This document shows positions 30,980-41,680 of a DNA stretch of 64,000 nucleotides, in pieces. Source of the DNA: an uncultured Desulfobacter sp. (lineage in GTDB: Bacteria > Desulfobacterota > Desulfobacteria > Desulfobacterales > Desulfobacteraceae). Below the pieces are notes generated by a model, which was given only the letters and a program-made list of their open reading frames with translations, made no database searches and was not told the origin of the DNA. A program made the translations under genes and the position numbers. The stretch spans positions 3,424,001 to 3,488,000 of the forward strand of contig OY762069.1 in assembly GCA_963665095.1 (NCBI GenBank). Direction: 5' to 3'. Numbering within the stretch: the stretch's first letter is position 1; every line of letters begins with the position of its first letter.

Positions 30980-31150
30980 TCATACCAAGGCATCAGGCAC
31001 CGGGGTCACGTCCACGGCCACCTGCAACCGGTGGTTGCCGCCGCCCAGCACTGTTCCTTTGACCGGGGTCACATCCCCATAATCCCGGCCCCAGGCAAGG
31101 GTAATATGCTGGCCAGAAGGAATCACATCATTGGTGGGGTCCATATCCAC
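30980..31150 (-). pseudogene. C-terminal remnant of a transglutaminase-family gene
   Basis: Manual translation VDMDPTNDVIPSGQHITLAWGRDYGDVTPVKGTVLGGGNHRLQVAVDV; the rest of the gene is absent. Confidence 0.75.
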
Positions 31151-31290
31151 ATGAATAAATCCGTGCTTATCGATCGGCTTTAGGGTTTAAAATGTACGCT
31201 TTATACGATTTTCAGGATGATATCTTGAGCACCGGTAACGGCATGGCCTGCCCCCTGGTCATGCCGTCAAACATAATTTTAATATAAGGC

Positions 31291-31321
31291 TTGACTTGGA
31301 ATATATACTTGTATAGACAAC
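31291..31321 (+). promoter_or_regulatory. TTGACT -35 with GntR/HutC-type operator CTTGTATAGACAAC
   Basis: Imperfect palindrome TTGT-ATAG-ACAA at 31309-31320 upstream of the Liv-type operon. Confidence 0.5.
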
Positions 31322-31388
31322 TCTATAAGGTTAAGTGCATCATAACCGAAAGCATAGACCATCTTATATTTTAGTTAAGGAGTGAGCC

Positions 31389-32534
31389 ATGAAAAAGGTA
31401 ATCGCGGCGTTGTCCGCACTTGTTCTGGGCGTGTGTGCCACTGCAGCCCTTGCATCAGATACCATTAAAATCGGGTTTAACGCCCCCTTGACCGGGTTTG
31501 CCGCCTCAGACGGCGAGTCTGCAAAATTCGGTGCTGAACTGGCTGTCAAACAGATCAACGAAGCCGGCGGCGTGCTGGGCAAACAGCTGGAACTAGTGGT
31601 TTACGATGACCAGGCCAATGCGGCCCAGGCCATCCCCATTGCCAATAAACTCATCGGCCAGGATAAAGTGACCGTGGGCGTATCCGGCAGCTACTCCGCC
31701 CCCACCCGCTCTGCCGCCGGCATTTACCAGGAAGCAAAAATCCCCTACATCTCAGCTTACGGCATCCATCCCGACATCACCCGGGCAGGCGATTATGTTT
31801 TCAGAACCTCCTTTTTAGGTGAAATCCAGGGCAAGGCCGGGGCCAAACTCATCGGCGACACCCTGGGCAGGAAAAAAGTGGTGATGATCACCCTGAAAAA
31901 CGATTTCGGTAAATCCCTGGCAGCCGGCTTCAAAGAGAAAGCTGCTGATTTCGGTATCACCATTGTCAATGAATATGAATATGCCATAAAGGACCGCCAG
32001 TTCGGCGCCATTGTGGCCAAGGTCAAGGCAGATGCCCCGGATGCCATTTACGCCTCCGGTTACTATTTCACAGCAGGCCCCCTGGTCACCCAGCTTCGGG
32101 CGGCCGGCGTTGATGTCCCTGTCATCGGCCAGGAAGGCTACGACTCCCAGAAATTCATCGAAATCGCCGGCAAAGCAGCAGAAGGTGTCATTATCACCAC
32201 CTCCCTGGACCGGGATTCCGACGTACCTGAAACCAAAGATTTCATCAAGGCCTTTGAAGCCCTGGCCGGGTACCCGGCAGATATGGTGGCAGCCTCTGCC
32301 CATACTGCAGTCAGGGCCGCAGTCCTGGCCATTAAAAATGCCGGTTCAACAGATCCCGCCAAAATCAGGGACGCCCTGGCTGACATCCACATGAAAGCCT
32401 CCACCGGCACCATCCACTTCAATGCCCTGGGCGAGGTCATGAAAGCGGTCCAGAACCAGGTGGTCAGAGACGGACAGTGGCATCACCACTCCGTCATTGA
32501 CGATCCGGCTCTGCTGGCGCCGCCTGAAAAATAG
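31389..32534 (+). CDS. branched-chain amino acid ABC transporter substrate-binding protein (LivK-like)
   Basis: IKIGFNAPLTG, INEAGGVLGKQLELV. Confidence 0.9.
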   Translation: MKKVIAALSALVLGVCATAALASDTIKIGFNAPLTGFAASDGESAKFGAELAVKQINEAGGVLGKQLELVVYDDQANAAQAIPIANKLIGQDKVTVGVSGSYSAPTRSAAGIYQEAKIPYISAYGIHPDITRAGDYVFRTSFLGEIQGKAGAKLIGDTLGRKKVVMITLKNDFGKSLAAGFKEKAADFGITIVNEYEYAIKDRQFGAIVAKVKADAPDAIYASGYYFTAGPLVTQLRAAGVDVPVIGQEGYDSQKFIEIAGKAAEGVIITTSLDRDSDVPETKDFIKAFEALAGYPADMVAASAHTAVRAAVLAIKNAGSTDPAKIRDALADIHMKASTGTIHFNALGEVMKAVQNQVVRDGQWHHHSVIDDPALLAPPEK

Positions 32535-32545
32535 GGGCATCCCAG

Positions 32546-33406
32546 GTGCTGTTTTTTGAACTCATTGTCCAGGGACTGATCCAGGGGTCGACCTACGCCA
32601 TTATTGCCGTGGGTCTGACCCTGGTCTACGGGCTGTTACGCATCCTGCATGTGGCCCATGCCGGCCTGTTCACCCTGGGGGCCTATCTCGGGGTGATCGT
32701 GGCCAACCACACCGGCAGCCTGGGTCTTGGCATGGCTGCGGCCGCCACAGGCTCGGCCCTGGTGGGCATGGCCATTTACCGGCTGGTGTATGAACCCATT
32801 CTATCCCGGCCCCCCTATGTGGCGCTCATTGCCTCCATCGGGCTTTACATCGGCATGGAAGAGCTCTTCCGCCTGATCTTCGGCCCCTTTGGCATGAGCT
32901 TTACCGTCCCGCCCCTCCAGGATGTGGTCCAGGTGGCAGGCATCCATCTGCGCACCTGCCAGATCGCCACAGTTGTGATCAACCTGGTGCTCCTGGGCAT
33001 CCTTGCCTGGGTCTCCCAGGGCACAAGGGTGGGGACCGGCTGGCGGGCCACGGTGGATGATCCCAAGATGGCCGCCTGTTTCGGCATTGACCCCATAAAG
33101 GTCCGCTACCTGGTATTTGGCATGGGATCTGCCCTGGCCGCTGTGGCAGGGGTGATGGTGGCCCTGCTGAGCAACCTGGTGGAGCCCACCATGGGAGCGG
33201 TTCCCTCCTACAAATCCCTGGCCATTATCGTGTTAGGCGGCCTTGGCAATGTGGGCGGCACCCTGATAGCATCCCTGGTATTAGGCGTGGTGGAGGCATT
33301 CGGCACCATCTATCTGGGCAGTATTCTGGACCGGGATGCCATTGCCTTTGCCTTTTTAATTCTGGTGCTCATGATCCGGCCCAAGGGCCTGTTTACCTCG
33401 AGGTGA
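32546..33406 (+). CDS. branched-chain amino acid ABC permease (LivH-like)
   Basis: AVGLTLVYG, IVLGGLG, RPKGLF. Confidence 0.9.
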   Translation: MLFFELIVQGLIQGSTYAIIAVGLTLVYGLLRILHVAHAGLFTLGAYLGVIVANHTGSLGLGMAAAATGSALVGMAIYRLVYEPILSRPPYVALIASIGLYIGMEELFRLIFGPFGMSFTVPPLQDVVQVAGIHLRTCQIATVVINLVLLGILAWVSQGTRVGTGWRATVDDPKMAACFGIDPIKVRYLVFGMGSALAAVAGVMVALLSNLVEPTMGAVPSYKSLAIIVLGGLGNVGGTLIASLVLGVVEAFGTIYLGSILDRDAIAFAFLILVLMIRPKGLFTSR

Positions 33407-33409
33407 GAT

Positions 33410-34264
33410 ATGGGACTTTATGAAATCAGCCTGGCGGTAAATGTCGGCATCAATATCATCCTGGCCATCGGCCTGAACCTGATCACGGGATACTGCGGCC
33501 AGATATCCCTGGGCCATGCCGCCTTTTTCGGCATCGGCGCTTACACTGCCGCCCTTCTGGCCAAGGCAGGCTTTCCCCTGGCAGCCACCCTTGGGGCCGG
33601 CTGCGTGCTGGCGGGGATGGTGGGCGCGCTCATCGGGCTGACCAGCCTGAGGGTCCGGGAGGACTTTCTGGCTATTGTCACCATGGGCGTGGCGTTTCTG
33701 TTTGTGGGGATTGTCCGGCAGCAGGATGTGCTGGGCGGTGAAATGGGGATCTCAGGCATTCCCTCCCACGGCCTTGGGCAGTGGGGATTTTTAGGTCTTG
33801 TCTGGGCCCTTGTGCTGGTCTGCATCCTCTACGCCTGGCATGTGAAGCGCTCCTGGATGGGGTTTGCCTTTGATGCCGTGGCAGACGATGAGGAGACCGC
33901 AAAGGTACTGGGCCTGGATGTAAAGGCCTATAAAATTGCCGCCTTTGCCATGGGCACGGCTATGGCAGGAATCGCCGGTGTGCTGTACACCTATTTCACC
34001 CGGTTCATTGTGCCGGATACCTTCGGGTTTATCCAGTCCATCACCATCTTATCCATTGTGGCGGTGGGGGGGATCGGGTCCATTGCCGGCTGTGTGGTAT
34101 CCGCCATTATCCTGGTGCTCATGCCGGAGTTCTTCCGGTTCATCAACGACTACAAACTGCTGCTCTACGGGGTGCTGCTCTTTTCCGTGATGCGCTTTGC
34201 TCCTGAAGGCCTGGCCGGTATTTTCAGGCAGATATTCAGCCGGAAGGAGGGGCAGAAGGCATGA
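33410..34264 (+). CDS. branched-chain amino acid ABC permease (LivM-like)
   Basis: GLNLITGYCGQISLGHAAFFGIGAY. Confidence 0.9.
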   Translation: MGLYEISLAVNVGINIILAIGLNLITGYCGQISLGHAAFFGIGAYTAALLAKAGFPLAATLGAGCVLAGMVGALIGLTSLRVREDFLAIVTMGVAFLFVGIVRQQDVLGGEMGISGIPSHGLGQWGFLGLVWALVLVCILYAWHVKRSWMGFAFDAVADDEETAKVLGLDVKAYKIAAFAMGTAMAGIAGVLYTYFTRFIVPDTFGFIQSITILSIVAVGGIGSIAGCVVSAIILVLMPEFFRFINDYKLLLYGVLLFSVMRFAPEGLAGIFRQIFSRKEGQKA

Positions 34265-35004
34265 CAGATATACTATCCGTCTCCAATGTCACGGTACGGT
34301 TCGGCGGCCTTTTGGCCCTGGATGAGGTCAGTCTTGAGGTGGGCAGGGGAGAGCTGCTCAGTCTCATCGGTCCCAACGGCGCCGGCAAAACCACCCTGCT
34401 CAAGGCCATTACCGGCACAGTGGCCCCGGTATCCGCCCGGATCTGCCTGGCAGATACAGACATCACCACCCTGCCCACACATAAACGAGCCCGGCTGGGC
34501 CTGGCCATGACCCACCAGATTGTCCGGCCCTTCTCCTGCATGAATGTGCTGGAGAATGTCATGTTTGCAGCAGGCCACAAAAAAACAGGCAAAACCTTTA
34601 AAGCCCTGATGACCCTGGATCGCAAACCGGAGAAAGAGCTGGCCATGGCCTGCCTTGACCGGGTGGGCATTGGCTCTTTTTCCCGGCAGCAGGTAGTCAG
34701 CCAGCCCCTGGGCGTGCTGAAACGCCTGGAAGTGGCCAGGGCGCTGGCGCTCTCCCCCCGGGTGCTGCTGCTGGACGAACCCCTGGCAGGGCTCAACAGC
34801 AGGGAGGCAGCCATGCTGGCCGACACCATCCGGGATATTGCCGGCCAGGGCATGACCATCGTCATGATTGAACATAATTTAAGCGAGGTGCTTCGCATCA
34901 GCGACCGGCTCCACGTCCTGGACAACGGCAGAAACCTGGCCCGGGGCAACCCGGTGGCGGTTATGCAGCAGCCTGCCGTCCGGGCCGCCTATCTTGGAGG
35001 ATAA
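34261..35004 (+). CDS. branched-chain amino acid ABC ATPase (LivG-like)
   Basis: GPNGAGKTT, LLLDEP, AAYLG. Confidence 0.9.
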   Translation: MTDILSVSNVTVRFGGLLALDEVSLEVGRGELLSLIGPNGAGKTTLLKAITGTVAPVSARICLADTDITTLPTHKRARLGLAMTHQIVRPFSCMNVLENVMFAAGHKKTGKTFKALMTLDRKPEKELAMACLDRVGIGSFSRQQVVSQPLGVLKRLEVARALALSPRVLLLDEPLAGLNSREAAMLADTIRDIAGQGMTIVMIEHNLSEVLRISDRLHVLDNGRNLARGNPVAVMQQPAVRAAYLGG

Positions 35005-35007
35005 ACC

Positions 35008-35730
35008 ATGTTATTAACCCTTGAAGAGGTCAGCTGCGGCTACGGAAATATGCAGGTGGTCACTGAGGTGAACCTGGCCGTGGAAAAAGGATCTGTCACC
35101 GCCATCCTCGGTGCCAACGGCGCCGGAAAATCCTCTTTGATCATGGCGCTGGCAGGCCATGTTACTGTGACTTCCGGCCACATGATCTACGACAAAACGC
35201 CCATCAATCACCTCTCCCCCATGGAACGGGTCAAACAGGGCATAGCCTTAAGCCCTGAAGGCCGCAGACTTTTCAAGGATTTAAGTGTTAAGGAAAATCT
35301 CGTGGTGGGCGGGTATACCACGGCAAAGGAGCGCTTTGAAAAAAACATGGACAAGGTTATGGCCATGTTTCCCCGGCTGGGCGAACGCCTGCCCCAGAAA
35401 GCCGGCTCTCTTTCCGGGGGCGAACAGCAGATGCTGGCCATTGGCCGGGCGCTTATGGCAGATCCCCGGCTGCTCATGGTGGATGAACTCTCTTTGGGGC
35501 TCATGCCCAAGGCCATCGACATCTGCTATGAGGCGATCCAGGACCTGAACAAAGCGGGTATGACCATTCTTCTGGTGGAACAGAGCACCCAGCGGGCAAT
35601 TGAGGCGTCAGATGCCGTTCTTGTCCTTGAATCCGGCAATACCGTGTGGCAGGGCACCGCGGAAGAGGCAGCCCAAAGCACGGAGATGATTGATTCCATT
35701 TTAGGGCTTCACAGCAGGGAAACTGCCTGA
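35008..35730 (+). CDS. branched-chain amino acid ABC ATPase (LivF-like)
   Basis: GANGAGKS, LSGGEQQMLA. Confidence 0.9.
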   Translation: MLLTLEEVSCGYGNMQVVTEVNLAVEKGSVTAILGANGAGKSSLIMALAGHVTVTSGHMIYDKTPINHLSPMERVKQGIALSPEGRRLFKDLSVKENLVVGGYTTAKERFEKNMDKVMAMFPRLGERLPQKAGSLSGGEQQMLAIGRALMADPRLLMVDELSLGLMPKAIDICYEAIQDLNKAGMTILLVEQSTQRAIEASDAVLVLESGNTVWQGTAEEAAQSTEMIDSILGLHSRETA

Positions 35731-35743
35731 CCCCATGTGAACA

Positions 35744-36214
35744 TCAGTTTCTCAGGGTGGCGATCAGCCGTTTGGGATCATCAAAAAAGGAAAATACATC
35801 CAGGATATGCCGGACCATAAGATCCGCAGAGGTGAGCGCAGCCATTGCCATGCCCTCCTCTCCCAGCACCGCGATTCCCAGGCCTGCGTGCTTGAGCATT
35901 AAAGAATCATTGACACCGTTACCCACCGCCATGGTGTTGTCCGCCCCAATGCGGTTCAGTACATCCAGCTTTTTCTGATCCTGATTCTGGTTTGAAATAA
36001 GGACAACATCTGCCTGAATGTCCTCAAGCTGGGCCTTGACCGAGCCAAAGGTATCTGCCGTCACCACATGAAAATCAAGACGGTCGGCCAACCGGTTCAT
36101 GGCCGCCCCCACCCCGTCAATAAGGCGCCCGTCAGTGGCAATGGTGCCGTTGTAGTCAAACATGACATCCGTGATAACGACAGGGCCGTTACCGGGAATA
36201 TCAATACGAATCAT
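35744..36214 (-). CDS. HAD-family hydrolase (soluble P-type ATPase-like)
   Basis: DYNGT, TADTFG, AVGNGVND; start at ATG 36214 after AGGAGG. Confidence 0.85.
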   Translation of the reverse strand: MIRIDIPGNGPVVITDVMFDYNGTIATDGRLIDGVGAAMNRLADRLDFHVVTADTFGSVKAQLEDIQADVVLISNQNQDQKKLDVLNRIGADNTMAVGNGVNDSLMLKHAGLGIAVLGEEGMAMAALTSADLMVRHILDVFSFFDDPKRLIATLRN

Positions 36215-36337
36215 GTCGCCTCCTTTTTTGTAATGCGTTTTGCATGAACGCCGCCATCTGCAAAGCCTTCTTTTTAATACGTCTGCCATGCAGGTGTGGA
36301 CACATAACACAGCCCCCGGGAAATAACCAGAACAGAT

Positions 36338-37024
36338 TTGCTGTACCGGAACGGGCCTGAATCAAGATGGATGTTATTGTTTGAAATCCGGTTTTTTATT
36401 GTCCTCCCCCTTTCGATAACAGCATATGGATTATCGCATACGAAATATAATGAAAAATACGGACGGCACCTTATCTGCGGCACAGCAGCCAGATCACAGC
36501 CCGCGATTTGTGGACCAATGCCTGATAAAATGTCCTATGTTATATGCTTAATTGACATTGACCATTTCAAACAAATAAATGACACATACGGCCATGAATA
36601 CGGCGACTCAGTCCTCAAGGAGATGTGCGCCCGGATTAAAAAAACAGTCAGAAAACAGGATATCTGTATCCGCTGGGGAGGCGAAGAGTTCCTTATTATA
36701 CTAAGGAACATCAACGCCCTATCTATCCGGGAAGCCACTCAACGTATTCAGACAGCTGTCTCATCAACTTCATTCTCCATTGGAAACCATGATCTCAGGG
36801 TAACGATCTCAGGCGGCATCTATCCGATCCTGCCCTGCTCTGTCGCCAACTTCACCGAAGTTGACACCCTTATAAACATTGCCGACAAAGCCCTTTATTA
36901 TGCCAAAACCAACGGACGGGATCAGTTTATCATGGCCGAGTGTGCGGACGATCTGCCTTGTACCAAAGTTGAGCGGTTTCAATCCACGCCCCCGCATGGA
37001 GGGCGACAATACACAACAATTTAA
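36338..37024 (+). pseudogene. GGDEF diguanylate cyclase fragment; reading frame ends inside the CRISPR array
   Basis: DIDHFKQINDTYGH, RWGGEEF, ADKALY.AK..GRD. No DxLTG N-terminus; the stop lies in the first spacer. Confidence 0.7.
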
Positions 37025-40000
37025 CTATTGGCAGCTTCCGTGTTTCAATCCACGCCCCCGCATGGAGGGCGACAATCGAATCAAGACTGTCTTTACAAAT
37101 AGGAGATGTTTCAATCCACGCCCCCGCATGGAGGGCGACAACTGTTCGCGATTATATCAGGGCGCATTTACTAGTTTCAATCCACGCCCCCGCATGGAGG
37201 GCGACACATCGTATTGTCTCCGTTTGCCGGGATCGGTTCCGTTTCAATCCACGCCCCCGCATGGAGGGCGACCATAAGGCCGGAAAAAATGTAAGTTTCC
37301 AAGCCGGTTTCAATCCACGCCCCCGCATGGAGGGCGACGTACATCTTTTATTCAGCATTCAGTCAGAATGCTGTTTCAATCCACACCCCCGCATGGAGGG
37401 CGACGCCCCACTTCAACCAATTTTTAAGGAGCAAAAATGTTTCAATCCACGCCCCCGCATGGAGGGCGACCTTTGAGATCACCAAAATCGCACCACTCAC
37501 TGTGTTTCAATCCACGCCCCCGCATGGAGGGCGACCTGTCGTCTGCCGCTGCCTGGCCTGATAATCATTGTTTCAATCCACGCCCCCGCATGGAGGGCGA
37601 CCTGTCCGGGTTTGGTTATTTGGCAAAAAAACCGGTTTCAATCCACGCCCCCGCATGGAGGGCGACTGAAAATAGTACATTTTGCAGATGTCCATTATGA
37701 TGTTTCAATCCACGCCCCCGCATGGAGGGCGACAAATCTCACTGTACACAAGGACCGCAGCATAATGGTTTCAATCCACGCCCCCGCATGGAGGGCGACC
37801 CAGCACGTCTGCCCCATCCAAATTGATATCGTCGTTTCAATCCACGCCCCCGCATGGAGGGCGACACTGATCTTTCTCCCGTCACAACACACCTAACAGG
37901 TTTCAATCCACGCCCCCGCATGGAGGGCGACGCGCCTATGGATCAAAACCAAACACTTCGCCAGGTTTCAATCCACGCCCCCGCATGGAGGGCGACCACG
38001 GAGAAAACCCCAAAGCCAAACTGCGGGTTGTTTCAATCCACGCCCCCGCATGGAGGGCGACAACAGTTCTGGCGATTTCCTTGACACGATAAACGTTTCA
38101 ATCCACGCCCCCGCATGGAGGGCGACAGCAGGTGATGTGGTGGCTGGAAAAACAATTGTGTGTTTCAATCCACGCCCCCGCATGGAGGGCGACGACCACC
38201 ATGAAGGTCCCTTCCAGCGGTGCCCAGTTTCAATCCACGCCCCCGCATGGAGGGCGACGTCAGAGTCCCACACCCGCCAGATCATCAAAGAAGTTTCAAT
38301 CCACGCCCCCGCATGGAGGGCGACATGATTTGGAGTATGCGCTTGACTGGGGGGCAGGTGTTTCAATCCACGCCCCCGCATGGAGGGCGACCAGCGTACC
38401 CACTACCATAATCTGATGAAAGTTGATGTTTCAATCCACGCCCCCGCATGGAGGGCGACATTTACTCATTGTCGTCTCTCCTTGTAAAAAATCGTTTCAA
38501 TCCACGCCCCCGCATGGAGGGCGACAAAGCTGCATAAAATGTGTTATATTTAGAGGCTTGTTTCAATCCACGCCCCCGCATGGAGGGCGACTTACTACCA
38601 AGCAACAAAAAATGTAGTAAATATTGTTTCAATCCACGCCCCCGCATGGAGGGCGACAGGCACTTGGAGTAGGATTGCCTGTTTTTCGACGTGTTTCAAT
38701 CCACGCCCCCGCATGGAGGGCGACTTATTTCCCGGCCCGTGTATGTTCCAACGGATTCGTTTCAATCCACGCCCCCGCATGGAGGGCGACAAGGACACAA
38801 ATTTTGACCGGTTAGCTTTTAGCCGTTTCAATCCACGCCCCCGCATGGAGGGCGACATAATTTTATGTTTATTTAGCCCTATCAATTCCCCGTTTCAATC
38901 CACGCCCCCGCATGGAGGGCGACTTTCGAAATATAGATGTGTTGCAAGCCAGTGACGGTTTCAATCCACGCCCCCGCATGGAGGGCGACCAGATGTTAAA
39001 AAAGGCCTGTTCTAATCCGCTTTCGTTTCAATCCACGCCCCCGCATGGAGGGCGACGTCCGGATCACTGACCGGCCCGCAGTCCGCTTTTGTTTCAATCC
39101 ACGCCCCCGCATGGAGGGCGACAAGCACCGCCGTCGTTACTATGTCTTTTGTCGATGTTTCAATCCACGCCCCCGCATGGAGGGCGACTTTGCCGAAGTC
39201 CAGCAAAAAGGCCCGCAGGTTTGTTTCAATCCACGCCCCCGCATGGAGGGCGACTTCGTTTTGCCATATCCTGTGTTACCCTGGTTCGTTTCAATCCACG
39301 CCCCCGCATGGAGGGCGACCGGCAATGCTGCCATCGGAATTACGGATATTCATCCGTTTCAATCCACGCCCCCGCATGGAGGGCGACGCCCCTGACTTTC
39401 GTGCTTCCGTCGAATTTGTTCTGTTTCAATCCACGCCCCCGCATGGAGGGCGACCTTTTTCAAGGTCCGGATGCAGTGGGACATTGCGGTTTCAATCCAC
39501 GCCCCCGCATGGAGGGCGACCCTCCATGATGGCCATGTTCGTCACTCCCACAGACGTTTCAATCCACGCCCCCGCATGGAGGGCGACAGTCAACAGAGTC
39601 CGACGGCCCGGCCACATGGATGTTTCAATCCACGCCCCCGCATGGAGGGCGACCGATACCGGTAATTTTCTTTCAACGGTCCACCTGTTTCAATCCACGC
39701 CCCCGCATGGAGGGCGACGCGTCACCAGACGGGGTAATTCCCGCGCCAGCCAGTTTCAATCCACGCCCCCGCATGGAGGGCGACAACTTCATACATGTCT
39801 CCGTTCAAAAGGAACGAGTTTCAATCCACGCCCCCGCATGGAGGGCGACCTGCTGGTGCGCGTGCCGGCCCCTTCATATTTACGTTTCAATCCACGCCCC
39901 CGCATGGAGGGCGACCTGCCCTCGGGCAATTCGTGCCGGTTCTGAAGGGTTTCAATCCACGCCCCCGCATGGAGGGCGACACCATCTGCCGATTAGATGT

Positions 40001-40841
40001 GATTAATACCAGTAGTTTCAATCCACGCCCCCGCATGGAGGGCGACTTGAGTTGAGGATATGGCAGAATAAATAGCAAAGGTTTCAATCCACGCCCCCGC
40101 ATGGAGGGCGACTAGGGGTTTTAACCGGTCTTGAGATCGCTTTTTTTGTTTCAATCCACGCCCCCGCATGGAGGGCGACTCCGGCAAGGGCCCGGGCATG
40201 ATCAAGTTTATTTGTTTCAATCCACGCCCCCGCATGGAGGGCGACGTGAAATTTTGGTTCGGCTGATTTCCCCCTGGTCTGTTTCAATCCACGCCCCCGC
40301 ATGGAGGGCGACCTACCGCCTCAAAAAACCAGGCCTCCTCTTCAGGTTTCAATCCACGCCCCCGCATGGAGGGCGACTCTGGCTAAAACAGGCTTTTTAG
40401 CCAGATCAGCCTGTTTCAATCCACGCCCCCGCATGGAGGGCGACATCCGGCACTGCGTTTGTGGGCCGGTTTTTTCCGTTTCAATCCACGCCCCCGCATG
40501 GAGGGCGACTTGTCATCCGTTGTTGGCCGTTGTTGTCATTGACGTTTCAATCCACGCCCCCGCATGGAGGGCGACGCATGTGACCGGCACAAACTGGTTG
40601 GCGTCGTCGGTTTCAATCCACGCCCCCGCATGGAGGGCGACCTGCCTAAAAGTGATGCCATGTTAATGGCATTCACTGTTTCAATCCACGCCCCCGCATG
40701 GAGGGCGACATCGTTAGAGCAAGACAGCGCATACTGGGTAGACGTTTCAATCCACGCCCCCGCATGGAGGGCGACACTGTTCCGGTTGTGACAGTTACAG
40801 AGCGAATCCGTTTCAATCCACGCCCCCGCATGGAGGGCGAC
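36976..40841 (-). CRISPR. type I-C CRISPR array, leader-distal half (59 repeats by my count)
   Basis: 32-bp repeat GTCGCCCTCCATGCGGGGGCGTGGATTGAAAC (minus strand), about 66-bp period, spacers 33-36 bp; one variant repeat at 37373. Confidence 0.98.
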
Positions 40842-40998
40842 CTGGGTAAAAGCCCGTTTTTGAGAATGATCACAAAAAATCATGGAAAAATTAAAGATAA
40901 TTTGCAAGATATGCCAGGGATGAGGCAGAAGCTCCCCCGTTTATCTCGCAAATAATCAATGGAACTTCTGCCCCTATTACCCTAACAGGGCAGGAGAT

Positions 40999-41574
40999 AT
41001 GCTATCAGAACTTATTAAAAACAAAAATCTTTTTTTCCATCTTTACGAAATCGATAAAAATACAGCAAAACAGTACAGACAGTTGCCTTGTCCGCATTGT
41101 GGAGGCCCCTTATATTTCAGCAATTACATGCGCAAGCCCCGGGGAGAGCCTGAGGGCGTGCCGGAGGAATTCTTTATTCAGTTCAGCCTATGTTGTGGAA
41201 CCGAAGGGTGTCGCAAAAGATTGATGCCGCCGTCCTGCCGTTTTCTGGGGAGAAAAGTCTACTGGTTTGCAGTTATTCTGTGTGTTTTAACAGACTGGCA
41301 AAATACCAATGAAAAAATCACCGTTTATGATTTGTCCATACGAACTGGCATTAGCCGGAACACAATAAACCGCTGGCTTGCCTTTTTTCAGGATACATTT
41401 CCAGTGAGCCGAACCTGGCGAAGGCTTCGGGGGCAGATATCCGCTGGTGTCAGTAACAGCCGTCTGCCGTCAAGTTTCATCAATTATTGCCGGGCGGTGA
41501 AATCCAACGCCGAAAACGCACTTGTATCAAGCCTGATAATCTTATCAGGCGGGTCCAAAATCAGGGCCGGATAA
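40999..41574 (+). CDS. transposon accessory protein, Cys-rich zinc finger plus HTH
   Basis: CPHCGG...CCGTEGCRKR; LSIRTGISRNTINRW. Confidence 0.7.
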   Translation: MLSELIKNKNLFFHLYEIDKNTAKQYRQLPCPHCGGPLYFSNYMRKPRGEPEGVPEEFFIQFSLCCGTEGCRKRLMPPSCRFLGRKVYWFAVILCVLTDWQNTNEKITVYDLSIRTGISRNTINRWLAFFQDTFPVSRTWRRLRGQISAGVSNSRLPSSFINYCRAVKSNAENALVSSLIILSGGSKIRAG

Positions 41575-41680
41575 TCTCGCGCAGAGGATGAACATAGACA
41601 AATATATGCAGGCTGTTTTACCACCTGATTTCAGACGTTGATCCGAAATTTTAACCTGAAATTAAAAAGGAGCCTGATTT

